Origin: Chitinophagaceae bacterium
Lineage (GTDB): Bacteria; Bacteroidota; Bacteroidia; Chitinophagales; Chitinophagaceae
Assembly: GCA_041740575.1 (NCBI GenBank)
Contig: JBGSLS010000033.1
Coordinates: 96,529 to 160,528 of the forward strand
Direction of reading: 5' to 3'
Length of the DNA: 64,000 nucleotides
Shown here: positions 9,901 through 17,699 of the stretch, piece by piece
How the letters are laid out: each line of letters starts with the position of its first letter
Position numbering within the stretch: position 1 is the stretch's first letter
Translations under genes and position numbers: made by a program
The notes under the pieces: generated by a model
Databases searched by the model: none
Told to the model about the DNA's origin: nothing
The model's input: the letters and a program-made list of their open reading frames with translations, nothing else

Positions 9901-11255
9901 CAAGACACAGTATTTGCAACCCATCCATTTGATGACAATGCTGTAATGTGCATAGGTGCTGCTGCGCCTCCTGTGTAAACGATAACCTGATCGCCATTAG
10001 AACTTAAGCCAAAGTCCGAACCGGTAAGCGTTCCTTGGGTAGTAGCAAGCGGTGATGTATTAATTCTGATAACTGTGCCAGCAGTTATACCCGCAGGTGG
10101 TGCTGTAAAAGTAAATCCACCGGCGCATTGTGGCTGTGCATTGGCCGTATATTTTGCATCTGTAAAATTAATTTTTGTACCCGGCAAAATATTCACCAAA
10201 GTAAGTATGGCAATTTCATCATCTGCATTACTTGTATTCATGCGATATGCTACCGGAACAAGATCACCAGGGTTGAAAACCGTTTGAACAGAAATGGTAG
10301 TAAAATCAGCAGCATTTACTTCGGCAATAGCTACATCGTTATTACCTTCAACCACATTTGCTTTTAAAGCTGCATAATATACCTGATTATTTTGTAATGG
10401 ATTAGCAGGAACTATGGTAATTACCTGATTATTATAAGTAGCATCAAACGGAACCATTGCGCCTGCAGCATTATTTAAACGCAATTCAACCAATGCATCA
10501 ACGTTATCGTTTGTAATAGGTGAATTATCAATTAACCGGATAACCCGGTTGAAAGTTAATGTAGGCTGCACGGAAAGAGGGACATCAACCGCATTATCTA
10601 CGGGTGCAAATACTACTGAAGGGGGCTGAATGTCATTAAGTGTATTTGTACCTTCTATCGTAAAATTGTCAAAACGATTATTTCCTTCCAATCCCCCACC
10701 ACCTTGCGTAAAGCTAATTCGTACCTTAAAATTTGGATTATTATCTGCAGCCGCAATGGATGAGAAATCAAGCGTTTGTAATGTTGGATTACCATCTACA
10801 GGTTGCAATGTGGTTAAATTGACAAATGTTGAACCATCAAGACTGTAGTCAATTACCTGATTGTGCGCGCCTGAACCTGAACGACGGGTTGCATACTTTA
10901 CAATTACGTTTTCATATCCTGTAGTAGGAAGCGAAAAAACAAGATTACCTCCGATTGGGTTATTAAAACGAAGGTGCGTTGCAGCAGCATCTCCGTTTCT
11001 TGAATTGGGATTAGTAACATCAAAACCCTGTGCTGTATTGCTTGTAGTTTGGATTACACTTACAAAACCACCTGAATTGACACCGGAATTATGCACGATG
11101 GATGCACCGGTAACTTCAGTAGTTGTTGGTGTAAGTAAGGAAGTTTCACTTGTGGAATTATTGAAGTTCCAATAATGAACTAAGGATTGGGATTGGGCTG
11201 AAAAAAAAAGACCCATCACCAATAAAATGAAAAGTAGAGTTTGCCGCATAGACAA
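6981..11255 (-). CDS. Secreted multidomain choice-of-anchor-I protein (alkaline-phosphatase-associated beta-propeller) with Ig-like/Calx-beta-like domains and a T9SS type A CTD
   Basis: Signal peptide, Ig-like modules, then AEVVAYD, EPEYITIS, VTANEGDEKE, GSRSFSIWD, KGPEPEG, ERIGGVMVY and DLGPETL, which are typical of choice-of-anchor I. C-terminal IAPNPV...DVQGR...GMYYLQI is a type A CTD. Confidence 0.8.
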   Translation of the reverse strand: MSMRQTLLFILLVMGLFFSAQSQSLVHYWNFNNSTSETSLLTPTTTEVTGASIVHNSGVNSGGFVSVIQTTSNTAQGFDVTNPNSRNGDAAATHLRFNNPIGGNLVFSLPTTGYENVIVKYATRRSGSGAHNQVIDYSLDGSTFVNLTTLQPVDGNPTLQTLDFSSIAAADNNPNFKVRISFTQGGGGLEGNNRFDNFTIEGTNTLNDIQPPSVVFAPVDNAVDVPLSVQPTLTFNRVIRLIDNSPITNDNVDALVELRLNNAAGAMVPFDATYNNQVITIVPANPLQNNQVYYAALKANVVEGNNDVAIAEVNAADFTTISVQTVFNPGDLVPVAYRMNTSNADDEIAILTLVNILPGTKINFTDAKYTANAQPQCAGGFTFTAPPAGITAGTVIRINTSPLATTQGTLTGSDFGLSSNGDQVIVYTGGAAAPMHITALSSNGWVANTVSCSGSLSMIPAGLTDGSTALNMSTHPQAVSGNVVNAYYNGPQEGSPAVLKAAILNPLNWVTAAGGTPAQDWPVYSFGGAPTVVSASVMNQTTLRIVFSEDMNEASVTNIANYMGIANLATATRTDNGSLRDTVTLVYSVPFTPGNSYTLTVNGVTDALGIPIAAPYMFMFSYNTTISFKQNFVVTNEASGILNVEFTLNNPSASSVNLVLKPSPWSNAMPISDFTYSTTMLNFTGASNSTQTVSIPIINDVASEMDEYFVLSLENPTGLVVNGNSMATIFIKDDDRKAPETTKEIELEYVSSFKAVNPAGSSAEVVAYDIASKRLFITSGVQSRLDVADFTNPAAVTLVKSIDMLPYGSSITSVAAMNGIVAAAVPNNDAMANGSVVFFNTNGDFLKQVTVGVLPDMVTFSPDGNKVLTANEGQPNDAYTIDPEGSVSVIDISGGIPGLTQANVATLNFTAFNANEINLIANGVRKTKATSTLSQDLEPEYITISPDSKKAWVTLQENNSIAEVNLVTNTIVRIRAQGTKDFNTVFTGLDASDNNGQVLISNWPLKSFYMSDAIGNYSVGGRTYLVTANEGDEKELAGLNERTTVGANSTILDPDMFPHASMLKQSYNLGRMRITNLNGDTDGDGDFDEIYTVGSRSFSIWDAQTGAQVYDSKDEIELYTSQHPVFGAIFNSDHENNNRKGRSRAKGPEPEGLVLATINGQQYAFVALERIGGVMVYNINDPMSAKLVDYKNNRNPVTFGGDLGPETLIYISPETSPDGKAYLVITNEVSGNITIYSVKGAITTPVNLLTFDAKAQTNGTVLLQWATASELNNSHFNIEKSIDGINYTNIAKVNSKGDANIRQDYNLTDGKPGIGKIFYRLSQEDKDGKLAYKGVRWVELGTNVITWTIAPNPVRGNMIKLTNTGSLNRAVQMRLVDVQGRVIWSGNVQPTGGAATINVNRQIAPGMYYLQITGYSTQAVYIQP

Positions 11256-11285
11256 TAGATTTAAGCAGCGAAACTATCTGTACTG

Positions 11286-11335
11286 TGTTAAGAAATTAAC
11301 AAGCGAACGTTACCGAATTGTAACGGCATTGTTAA
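11286..11335 (-). promoter_or_regulatory. Array of five 11-bp-period hexamers (Pho-box / OmpR-family-like)
   Basis: Minus-strand TTAACA, GTTACA, GTAACG, TTGTTA, TTAACA at plus-strand positions 11330, 11319, 11308, 11297 and 11286. Confidence 0.55.
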
Positions 11336-11342
11336 GCGAATA

Positions 11343-13190
11343 TTAATACCCCCTTACATTTCTTCCATCCATATAATTCATAAATGCGCGGTTACAAACC
11401 CTGTTACCTCCCGGTGTAGGATAGTTACCGGTAAAATACCAGTCACCGGTATTGGTTGGGCAGCTATCGTGCAAATCTTCAATGGTTTGGTAAATTACAT
11501 GCACCGGAATATCAAGTCCGGGTGTAGTAATCATCTCTGCAATTTTATCACTTATTTGCTGCGGTTTAAAGGATGCATATATTTCGCGAACAACGTTCTT
11601 GCTATGCAATTGATTGGTGCGCTGCAATTCCTTACATTCCTTATACAGGTCGGTTAAAAGCGATCTCCTGTCACTTTCAATCAACAGATGAACAGCCGCC
11701 TGGAATGCAATAAAATCGCCAAGCTTACTCATATCAATCCCATAACAATCGGGGTAACGAATTTGCGGCGCGCTGGAAACCACAATGATTTTTTTAGGCT
11801 TGAGACGCCCCAGCATACGAATAATACTTTCCCTTAATGTGGTACCGCGTACAATACTGTCATCAATTACAACAATCGTATCAAGGTTGGGTCTTACTGT
11901 ACCGTAGGTAATATCGTACACGTGCTGCACCATATCCTGACGGCTTACTTCTTCTGTAATAAAGGTGCGCATCTTCACATCCTTTATAGCAATTTTTTCC
12001 TGGCGAATTTTGCGGTTCACCATCTCGCTTACCTTTTCTTCATCAAAGTCATTACCCCAACTCATAATGCGCTCAACCTTAATACGGTTCAGGTATTCTT
12101 CCATTCCTTTTACCATACCAAAATAAGCCACTTCTGCTGTGTTGGGTATATAAGAAAAAATCGTATTACGTAAGTCGTAGTTTATTTCTTCCAGTACCGG
12201 GCGACTTAGCTTGTGGCCCAGGTTTATGCGTTCGCGATAAATTTTTTCATCGTTACCGCGGCTAAAATAAATACGTTCAAAACTACATGCACGGCGCTCT
12301 TTAGGTTCCAGAATCTGCTCAATCTTTATATTACCTTCATCATCCAAAATCAAGGCGCAACCCGGCATCAATTCAAGTACTTCATTTTCTCCCACATTAA
12401 AAGTGGTACGAATGGCTGCGCGTTCGCTGGCAGCTACCACATAATCATCGTGAAGGTAATAATACGAAGGACGGATACCATTGGCATCGCGCATAATAAA
12501 ACTATAACCATTACCAATTAGCCCCCCTACATTAAAACCGCCATCAAAAAGTACAGCGGACTTTTTTAGCACCTGCACAAGGTCAGGGTGGCCGGGGTTG
12601 GCTTCATCTTCCTTTACCAGGAAATGATGGACCACTTCCATCATGGCTGCCAAATCGCTCTGCTTCTGAAACTCGCCGGGGTTAATATTTACCAGGTCGA
12701 ATAGTTCTTCGGTATTTACCAGGTTAAAATTGCCCGCAAGTGCCAGATTTCGTGAAGGTAAAATGGCACGTTTAATAAATGGATGGCAAAATTCTACATT
12801 GTTTTTTCCCTGCGTGCCATACCTGAGATGGCCAAGCATAATTTCACCCAAAAAAGGCAGGTGCCCCTTTGCTATTTCGGGATGTTGCAACAACTCCGGT
12901 TGGTACTTTTCCACCTCCGCTACATCCGCCCCTACCTTATGAAAAATATCGGCAATGGGCATATTTAAACTGCTGCGGAGCCGGTATAAATAAGGGTTGC
13001 CGGGCGAAGTATTAAGTTTGACGGTAGCAATTCCCGCGCCATCCTGTCCACGGTTATGTTGCTTTTCCATCAGCAGGTACAGCTTGTTAAGTCCGTACAT
13101 TACGGTGCCATATTTCTGCTGAATTTCTTTAAAAGGCTTCCGAAGCCGGATGAATGCCAAACCGCATTCGTGTTTAATTGCGTCGCTCAT
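11343..13190 (-). CDS. purF: Amidophosphoribosyltransferase (Bacteroidota long form)
   Basis: HECG (Ntn cysteine after a short propeptide), HNRGQDGAG, GHLRYGT, CSFERIYFSRG and PRPP loop VIDDSIVRGTT. Confidence 0.85.
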   Translation of the reverse strand: MSDAIKHECGLAFIRLRKPFKEIQQKYGTVMYGLNKLYLLMEKQHNRGQDGAGIATVKLNTSPGNPYLYRLRSSLNMPIADIFHKVGADVAEVEKYQPELLQHPEIAKGHLPFLGEIMLGHLRYGTQGKNNVEFCHPFIKRAILPSRNLALAGNFNLVNTEELFDLVNINPGEFQKQSDLAAMMEVVHHFLVKEDEANPGHPDLVQVLKKSAVLFDGGFNVGGLIGNGYSFIMRDANGIRPSYYYLHDDYVVAASERAAIRTTFNVGENEVLELMPGCALILDDEGNIKIEQILEPKERRACSFERIYFSRGNDEKIYRERINLGHKLSRPVLEEINYDLRNTIFSYIPNTAEVAYFGMVKGMEEYLNRIKVERIMSWGNDFDEEKVSEMVNRKIRQEKIAIKDVKMRTFITEEVSRQDMVQHVYDITYGTVRPNLDTIVVIDDSIVRGTTLRESIIRMLGRLKPKKIIVVSSAPQIRYPDCYGIDMSKLGDFIAFQAAVHLLIESDRRSLLTDLYKECKELQRTNQLHSKNVVREIYASFKPQQISDKIAEMITTPGLDIPVHVIYQTIEDLHDSCPTNTGDWYFTGNYPTPGGNRVCNRAFMNYMDGRNVRGY

Positions 13191-13198
13191 GAAGGTTG

Positions 13199-13206
13199 CA
13201 AAGATA
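13199..13206 (-). promoter_or_regulatory. Bacteroidota -7 promoter element of purF
   Basis: TATCTTTG on the minus strand, ending 8 nt before the ATG. Confidence 0.6.
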
Positions 13207-13230
13207 AAAATCCAACCGGTATTACCCGTG

Positions 13231-13794
13231 TTAATTCAGCACAGGCACCGCTTCGGGCTTTAATGATTCAGCAAGCCAGATAAATTCGTTGGCAAAAGTA
13301 TCCACTGCCTTCAAAAAGCCTTCATCCACCAGGTTTCCATCGGTGTCAAATTTCTTGTCTACAGCAGGTATTACCAGCATATAAGGCGATAAAATTCCAA
13401 AAAGCGCGGCTGTCAGTAATTGCATTTGTTGGGTAGCACGCATGCCACCCATGGCACCCGGCGAAGCGGTTACAATACCAAATGCTTTACGTGCCTGTTT
13501 GGGAAACTGGTCAAAAATCAATTTCATCCCAGGTGCATAGCTACCATTGTACTCCGGGGTAACCATAATAAATGCATCGGCTGCAAACATTTTTTCGGCC
13601 AGCGGCTTAAATGCTTCCGGTGTCTTCTCTACGGAACCCCATACATCCTGCAAATGGGGCAAATCGTAGTCCCTTACATCTATAATATCCATTTCGTGCT
13701 CAGTATTCCGGGTAAAATAGTTTTGTAAATAAACCGCTACACGGTGGGTTACACTCTTTTCGCGTGGGCTTGCTGAAATAATGGCTATTCTCAT
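13231..13794 (-). CDS. NADPH-dependent FMN reductase (flavodoxin-like)
   Basis: SASPR...S.T and FIMVTPEYNGS motifs, GGMRATQQ. Likely start ATG 13794 (ORF open to 13836). Confidence 0.85.
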   Translation of the reverse strand: MRIAIISASPREKSVTHRVAVYLQNYFTRNTEHEMDIIDVRDYDLPHLQDVWGSVEKTPEAFKPLAEKMFAADAFIMVTPEYNGSYAPGMKLIFDQFPKQARKAFGIVTASPGAMGGMRATQQMQLLTAALFGILSPYMLVIPAVDKKFDTDGNLVDEGFLKAVDTFANEFIWLAESLKPEAVPVLN

Positions 13795-13816
13795 ATAATT
13801 CCTGTTTTTATTGTTT

Positions 13817-14212
13817 TTATAAAATTTTTGTTTCAATTTCTACCGGGTGCGTAAGGGTTTTATGCAAAGGGCACTTATTGGCAATTTCCAACAGGCGTTC
13901 CCGCTGATCTTCGGATAAGTTACCATGCAGGGTAATGTTGCGCAACAATTGAGTTGTTGAAAATGAAGATTCGCGTTGAAATTCCACCTGCACATCTAAA
14001 CCATCCAATGGCCAGCCTTTTCGGTCGGCGTACATACGCAGGGTAGCAGATGTACAGGCACCCAAAGCGGCGCAAAGCAATTCATCCGGCGAAAAACCCA
14101 GGTTACCACCCCCCACTTCATGTGGTTCATCGGAAATTAACCTATTATTTCCACCGCTTACCACATTCATCCGGTAATGCTCCTTTTCAATGCTTACGAT
14201 TGCCTTGCTCAT
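13817..14212 (-). CDS. OsmC family protein (YhfA-like)
   Basis: SPDELLCAALGACTSATLRMYADRKGW and ANKCPLHKTL, with the two conserved Cys. Confidence 0.9.
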   Translation of the reverse strand: MSKAIVSIEKEHYRMNVVSGGNNRLISDEPHEVGGGNLGFSPDELLCAALGACTSATLRMYADRKGWPLDGLDVQVEFQRESSFSTTQLLRNITLHGNLSEDQRERLLEIANKCPLHKTLTHPVEIETKIL

Positions 14213-14226
14213 AAAAAATGTTGCTT

Positions 14227-15093
14227 TTAATCTAAAGTTCCAAACTTTCCTGCATTGAAATCTTCAATCGCTACCAGAATTTCCTGCTTGGAGTTCATAA
14301 CAAAAGGACCGTAGGCTGAAATAGGCTCTGCAATGGGTTCACCGCTCAAAATGAGTATATGCGCTTCATTGTTGGATTCGATTTTTACATCGGTTCCACT
14401 GCGGCCCAATACTACCATTTGCCGGCTTCTAACCTGTTCTGTATCGTTCAATAAAAGATTGCCATCCATTATCACAATGGCGGTATTATCACCATCAGGA
14501 AGGCTGAGATTCAATACCGCTCCTGCATTTAATTTAGCATCATAAATATTCATTCGGGTAAATGTGCGGGCGGGTCCCTTCACACCCATTTGCTCACCGG
14601 CAATTACACGCAATTCGCCACCATTGTTTTCAAGTTGAACCCTTCCCATATCTGCATCCAATAAATCCTGGTAGGATGGCGGCGTGTTTTTAAATTTAGC
14701 TGGCAGGTTTACCCACAATTGCGCCATATGAAAAATACCACCCGCTTTACTGAAACTTTCTGCATGGAACTCTTTATGTAAGATGCCACTGCCAGCGGTC
14801 ATCCACTGCACATCGCCGGGCCCTATTTCGCCTTTGCCCCCACTACTATCTTCGTGTGCCACTCGGCCACTCCAGGCAATGCTCACCGTTTCAAAACCTT
14901 TGTGTGGGTGCACATCTACCCCTCTCGGATGTTGGGTTGGCCCTACTTCCCATGGTTCGTTATAATCCAGCATTAAAAAAGGACTCAGGTCATTCCAAAG
15001 ATCCTGGCCTATGAAATTGCGTACCTTAAAACCATCACCTACCATATGGGCGGGTGCAGCGGTACGTACTTGTTTTATTTTTTTGAAATTCAT
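14227..15093 (-). CDS. Pirin family protein (with Pirin_C domain)
   Basis: PFLMLD, HPHKGFETV, QWMTAGSGILHKE, QLWVNLP and YGPFVMN. Confidence 0.92.
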   Translation of the reverse strand: MNFKKIKQVRTAAPAHMVGDGFKVRNFIGQDLWNDLSPFLMLDYNEPWEVGPTQHPRGVDVHPHKGFETVSIAWSGRVAHEDSSGGKGEIGPGDVQWMTAGSGILHKEFHAESFSKAGGIFHMAQLWVNLPAKFKNTPPSYQDLLDADMGRVQLENNGGELRVIAGEQMGVKGPARTFTRMNIYDAKLNAGAVLNLSLPDGDNTAIVIMDGNLLLNDTEQVRSRQMVVLGRSGTDVKIESNNEAHILILSGEPIAEPISAYGPFVMNSKQEILVAIEDFNAGKFGTLD

Positions 15094-15139
15094 GTGTTCA
15101 TTTTTAGTACGCTGCCTATCGGCTGCTGTTTTTTAATTG

Positions 15140-15199
15140 TCACATGGAATCCCTAATGATCATTTGGGCTGGGTGTGCGGCCGCTCGTGGGGATTTCAT
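15140..15199 (-). other. Putative 19-codon leader ORF MKSPRAAAHPAQMIIRDSM* upstream of pirin 1
   Basis: 49/60 nt identical to the leader upstream of pirin 2 once a 22-nt insert is removed from that copy. Start and stop positions are conserved. Confidence 0.5.
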
Positions 15200-15276
15200 A
15201 AATTCTTTTTAAATCCATAATCACAAATTTTTAAATTCCAAAACTCTTTGGGATTTGGAATTTGCCCTTTTGGAAT

Positions 15277-15987
15277 TTACCTAATCGGTATTTCCATCAA
15301 CAACAACCTTGCATCTGAATCGGCCTTAATATCCAGTTGTCCTGCATCTTCAATTCCAAGTCCATCTCTTCTATTCAAGCTAATTCCATTTATGGTTACA
15401 TCACCTTCAATAACAAAAGCATAAACCCCATTGGTTGCCTTATTCAATTTATAAGTTGCTTCAACATTTGCATCCAACTGCCCAATGTTAAACCATGCAT
15501 CCTGATGAACCCAAACGCCTTCATCATCAGCATCCGGACTCAATATCTGCAACAGGTTATTGTGCATTTTGTTTACATCAATGGTATATTGATCGTAACG
15601 CGGTTCCACATTCTTTTTATTTGGCATAAGCCATATCTGGAAAAAACGTACTTCTTTATCACGGTTAGCATTCATTTCGCTGTGGGCTATGCCTGTCCCG
15701 GCACTCATTATTTGTATGTCACCTTCTTTAATAATGGTTTCATTACCCATGCTATCCTTATGTTTAAGATCACCGAAGGTTGGGATGGAAATAATTTCCA
15801 TATTATCGTGGGGGTGTTTGCCAAAACCCATTCCTGCTGCAACCGTGTCATCATTAAGCACCCGCAAAGCGCCAAAATGCATACGGGTAGGTTCGTAATA
15901 ACCGGCAAAACTGAAACTGTGATAACTGTTTAACCAACCATGGTTGGCATTTCCCCTTGTTGCTGCGCGATGAATGGTGGATTTCAT
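15277..15987 (-). CDS. Pirin family protein (YhhW/quercetinase-like)
   Basis: HGWLNSYHSFSFAGYY, FGALRVLNDD, HPHDNMEIIS, MSAGTGIAHSE and QIWLMP. Homology suggests the start is ATG 15987; the ORF is open to 16158 only because of the leader insertion. Confidence 0.92.
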   Translation of the reverse strand: MKSTIHRAATRGNANHGWLNSYHSFSFAGYYEPTRMHFGALRVLNDDTVAAGMGFGKHPHDNMEIISIPTFGDLKHKDSMGNETIIKEGDIQIMSAGTGIAHSEMNANRDKEVRFFQIWLMPNKKNVEPRYDQYTIDVNKMHNNLLQILSPDADDEGVWVHQDAWFNIGQLDANVEATYKLNKATNGVYAFVIEGDVTINGISLNRRDGLGIEDAGQLDIKADSDARLLLMEIPIR

Positions 15988-16034
15988 ATGTGTTTTTTTA
16001 GTGCGCCCCGAATTCTCGGGGCTGGTTTTATTTG

Positions 16035-16116
16035 TCACATGCCCGCCTGCCCGAACGGGCAGGGAATGCCCAATAATCATTGGTGATGGTTGTGCACCGG
16101 CTCGTGGGCATTTCAT
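16035..16116 (-). other. Second copy of the leader ORF (MKCPRAGAQPSPMIIGHS-[22-nt insert]-M*), now read in frame into pirin 2
   Basis: Aligns codon by codon with 15140-15199; the insert occupies 16041-16062. Confidence 0.5.
16041..16063. repeat. Short palindromic REP-like insertion
   Basis: CCTGCCCG-AA-CGGGCAGG perfect 8-bp stem, absent from the paralogous leader copy. Confidence 0.6.
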
Positions 16117-16145
16117 AAAAGCTCTTTTTTGTTGTTTTAATACTG

Positions 16146-16174
16146 CAAATATAATCAATGTTTAAACATCAATT
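16146..16174 (-). promoter_or_regulatory. Promoter (-7 TATATTTG) of the pirin operon with an adjacent palindromic operator
   Basis: CAAATATA at 16146-16153; perfect palindrome ATGTTTAAACAT at 16158-16169, flanked at two-base distance by AAT/ATT. Confidence 0.6.
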
Positions 16175-16254
16175 AAATTTAAAACGTTAAAGTCCCATTC
16201 AGGAAAGCAGTTAAATGCAAAAAGGCCCTGCGTAATCAGGACCTTTTGTATTCA

Positions 16255-16872
16255 TTATCCATGCCCGGGTTCTTCCACCTCTGCTATGCCTCCACTAATG
16301 GCAAACTTATATGCATCAGGACCCGAAATATGGGGAAGCATCCTAACCCGGTCCCGGGTTACAAAAAACAAGGTTCCGGTAAGTGCATAGCTTAGGGGCA
16401 CATACACTGAAATGTGATCCTTCAGGTCGAATTGTTCTAAATCTTCATTGGTTATAAACCCTAACTGCCAGATATCGTTACCATATAAATTTACCAGGAC
16501 AGTTTTGGTAAACTTGCGCTTCTTTCCCACTACTGCTTCGGACAAATCTTTTACAAGGGTGTAAATAACTTTTATACCCGGCGTTTTCTCCAACCAATGA
16601 TCGAATATGTTCAGCACCCTGCCCACCACAAAAAGAGAACTCAGGTAACCCACTATTAAAATACTACCCACTACCAATAAGAAACCAATACCAGGCAGGA
16701 AGATGGGTTTTTCTTCGTCACCACTCAGGTTAATATATATAGGTATCAACCGATCGAGCCAGTTGAATATTTGTACAATAAGGTAAATGGTAACAGATAT
16801 AGGGGCAAGCACCAACAAGCCCTGCAAAAAGTATTGGAGCAACTTGGCTGATGTGCCTTTAAACAATTTCAT
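16255..16872 (-). CDS. DUF502 domain membrane protein
   Basis: YFLQGLLVLAPISVTIY, PGIKVIYTLVKD, LGFIT, VYVP...TG and AYKFAISGG. Confidence 0.85.
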   Translation of the reverse strand: MKLFKGTSAKLLQYFLQGLLVLAPISVTIYLIVQIFNWLDRLIPIYINLSGDEEKPIFLPGIGFLLVVGSILIVGYLSSLFVVGRVLNIFDHWLEKTPGIKVIYTLVKDLSEAVVGKKRKFTKTVLVNLYGNDIWQLGFITNEDLEQFDLKDHISVYVPLSYALTGTLFFVTRDRVRMLPHISGPDAYKFAISGGIAEVEEPGHG

Positions 16873-17017
16873 AATTAATTAATATAAGTGTGAAAGATGC
16901 GCTTTTGGAGCATTTACTAGCGCAAAAGTGCATTAAATAGGCGGCATTCGGGTGTAATACGCCTGCAGGATCAGGATGACGGAGCTTAAAAACATGGATG
17001 AAAGGTGAAATAAATGG

Positions 17018-17056
17018 ATGGAAACTTTTGCAGGCTCCAAAGTTTCCATAGTTTTG
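17018..17056 (+). promoter_or_regulatory. TetR operator overlapping the promoter of RND operon 1
   Basis: Perfect 11-bp inverted repeat ATGGAAACTTT-N10-AAAGTTTCCAT overlapping TTTG (17027-17030) and TAGTTTTG (17049-17056). Confidence 0.7.
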
Positions 17057-17080
17057 CACGGATTTTAAATACCCGTAAAT

Positions 17081-17695
17081 ATGGAATTAGCAGAAAATAT
17101 TATGGTAAAAAGCTATGAGCTTTTTAAGCGTTACGGCATTCGGAGTGTAACCATGGATGAGATTGCAGTGCAATGTGGTATGAGCAAAAAGACAGTTTAC
17201 CAGGCTTTTGAGGATAAGGATTCGCTGGTATCGGCCATTATGGAGCACAATATAAAAATGGCGGAAATGAATTGCGGAAGAGCACAACACCACAGTGAAA
17301 ATGCTATACACGAAATCTTTCTTTCATTGGATTGGGTGCGCGAAATGTTTGAAGGGGTAAACCCTATCCTGCTGTTTGATCTGCGCAAATACCACTCAAG
17401 CATATTCAAAAAACTCGAAGACCATAAACGCGGATTTCTTACCGATATATTTCGTAAAAATTTTCATCGTGGAATTGAAGAAGGATTGTACCGGCCCGAA
17501 ATCAAAATCGACATATTGGTTCCGCTTCGCATTCATACTATGACATTGGTGTATGAATACGACCTTTTTCCCTCCAACAAATACAGCCTTTACGATATAG
17601 ACCGCGAACTAAGCCTGCACGAAATTTATGGCGTTGCCACGGCAAAAGGTGTAAAACTTATTGAAAAATACAAACAACAAAGAGAAAAACCATAA
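17081..17695 (+). CDS. TetR/AcrR family regulator
   Basis: GIRSVTMDEIAVQCGMSKKTVYQAFEDKDSL helix-turn-helix. Confidence 0.92.
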   Translation: MELAENIMVKSYELFKRYGIRSVTMDEIAVQCGMSKKTVYQAFEDKDSLVSAIMEHNIKMAEMNCGRAQHHSENAIHEIFLSLDWVREMFEGVNPILLFDLRKYHSSIFKKLEDHKRGFLTDIFRKNFHRGIEEGLYRPEIKIDILVPLRIHTMTLVYEYDLFPSNKYSLYDIDRELSLHEIYGVATAKGVKLIEKYKQQREKP

Positions 17696-17699
17696 CACA

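Noticed and set aside
15225-15280. AAATTCCA...TGGAATTT inverted units between the pirin genes
   Set aside because: A weak AT-rich hairpin, compatible with an ordinary mRNA-stability or terminator structure; not enough to call an element.
16117-16158. ORF-track N-terminus MIIFAVLKQQKRAF of pirin 2
   Set aside because: It overlaps the -7 promoter element, so it lies upstream of or at the transcription start.
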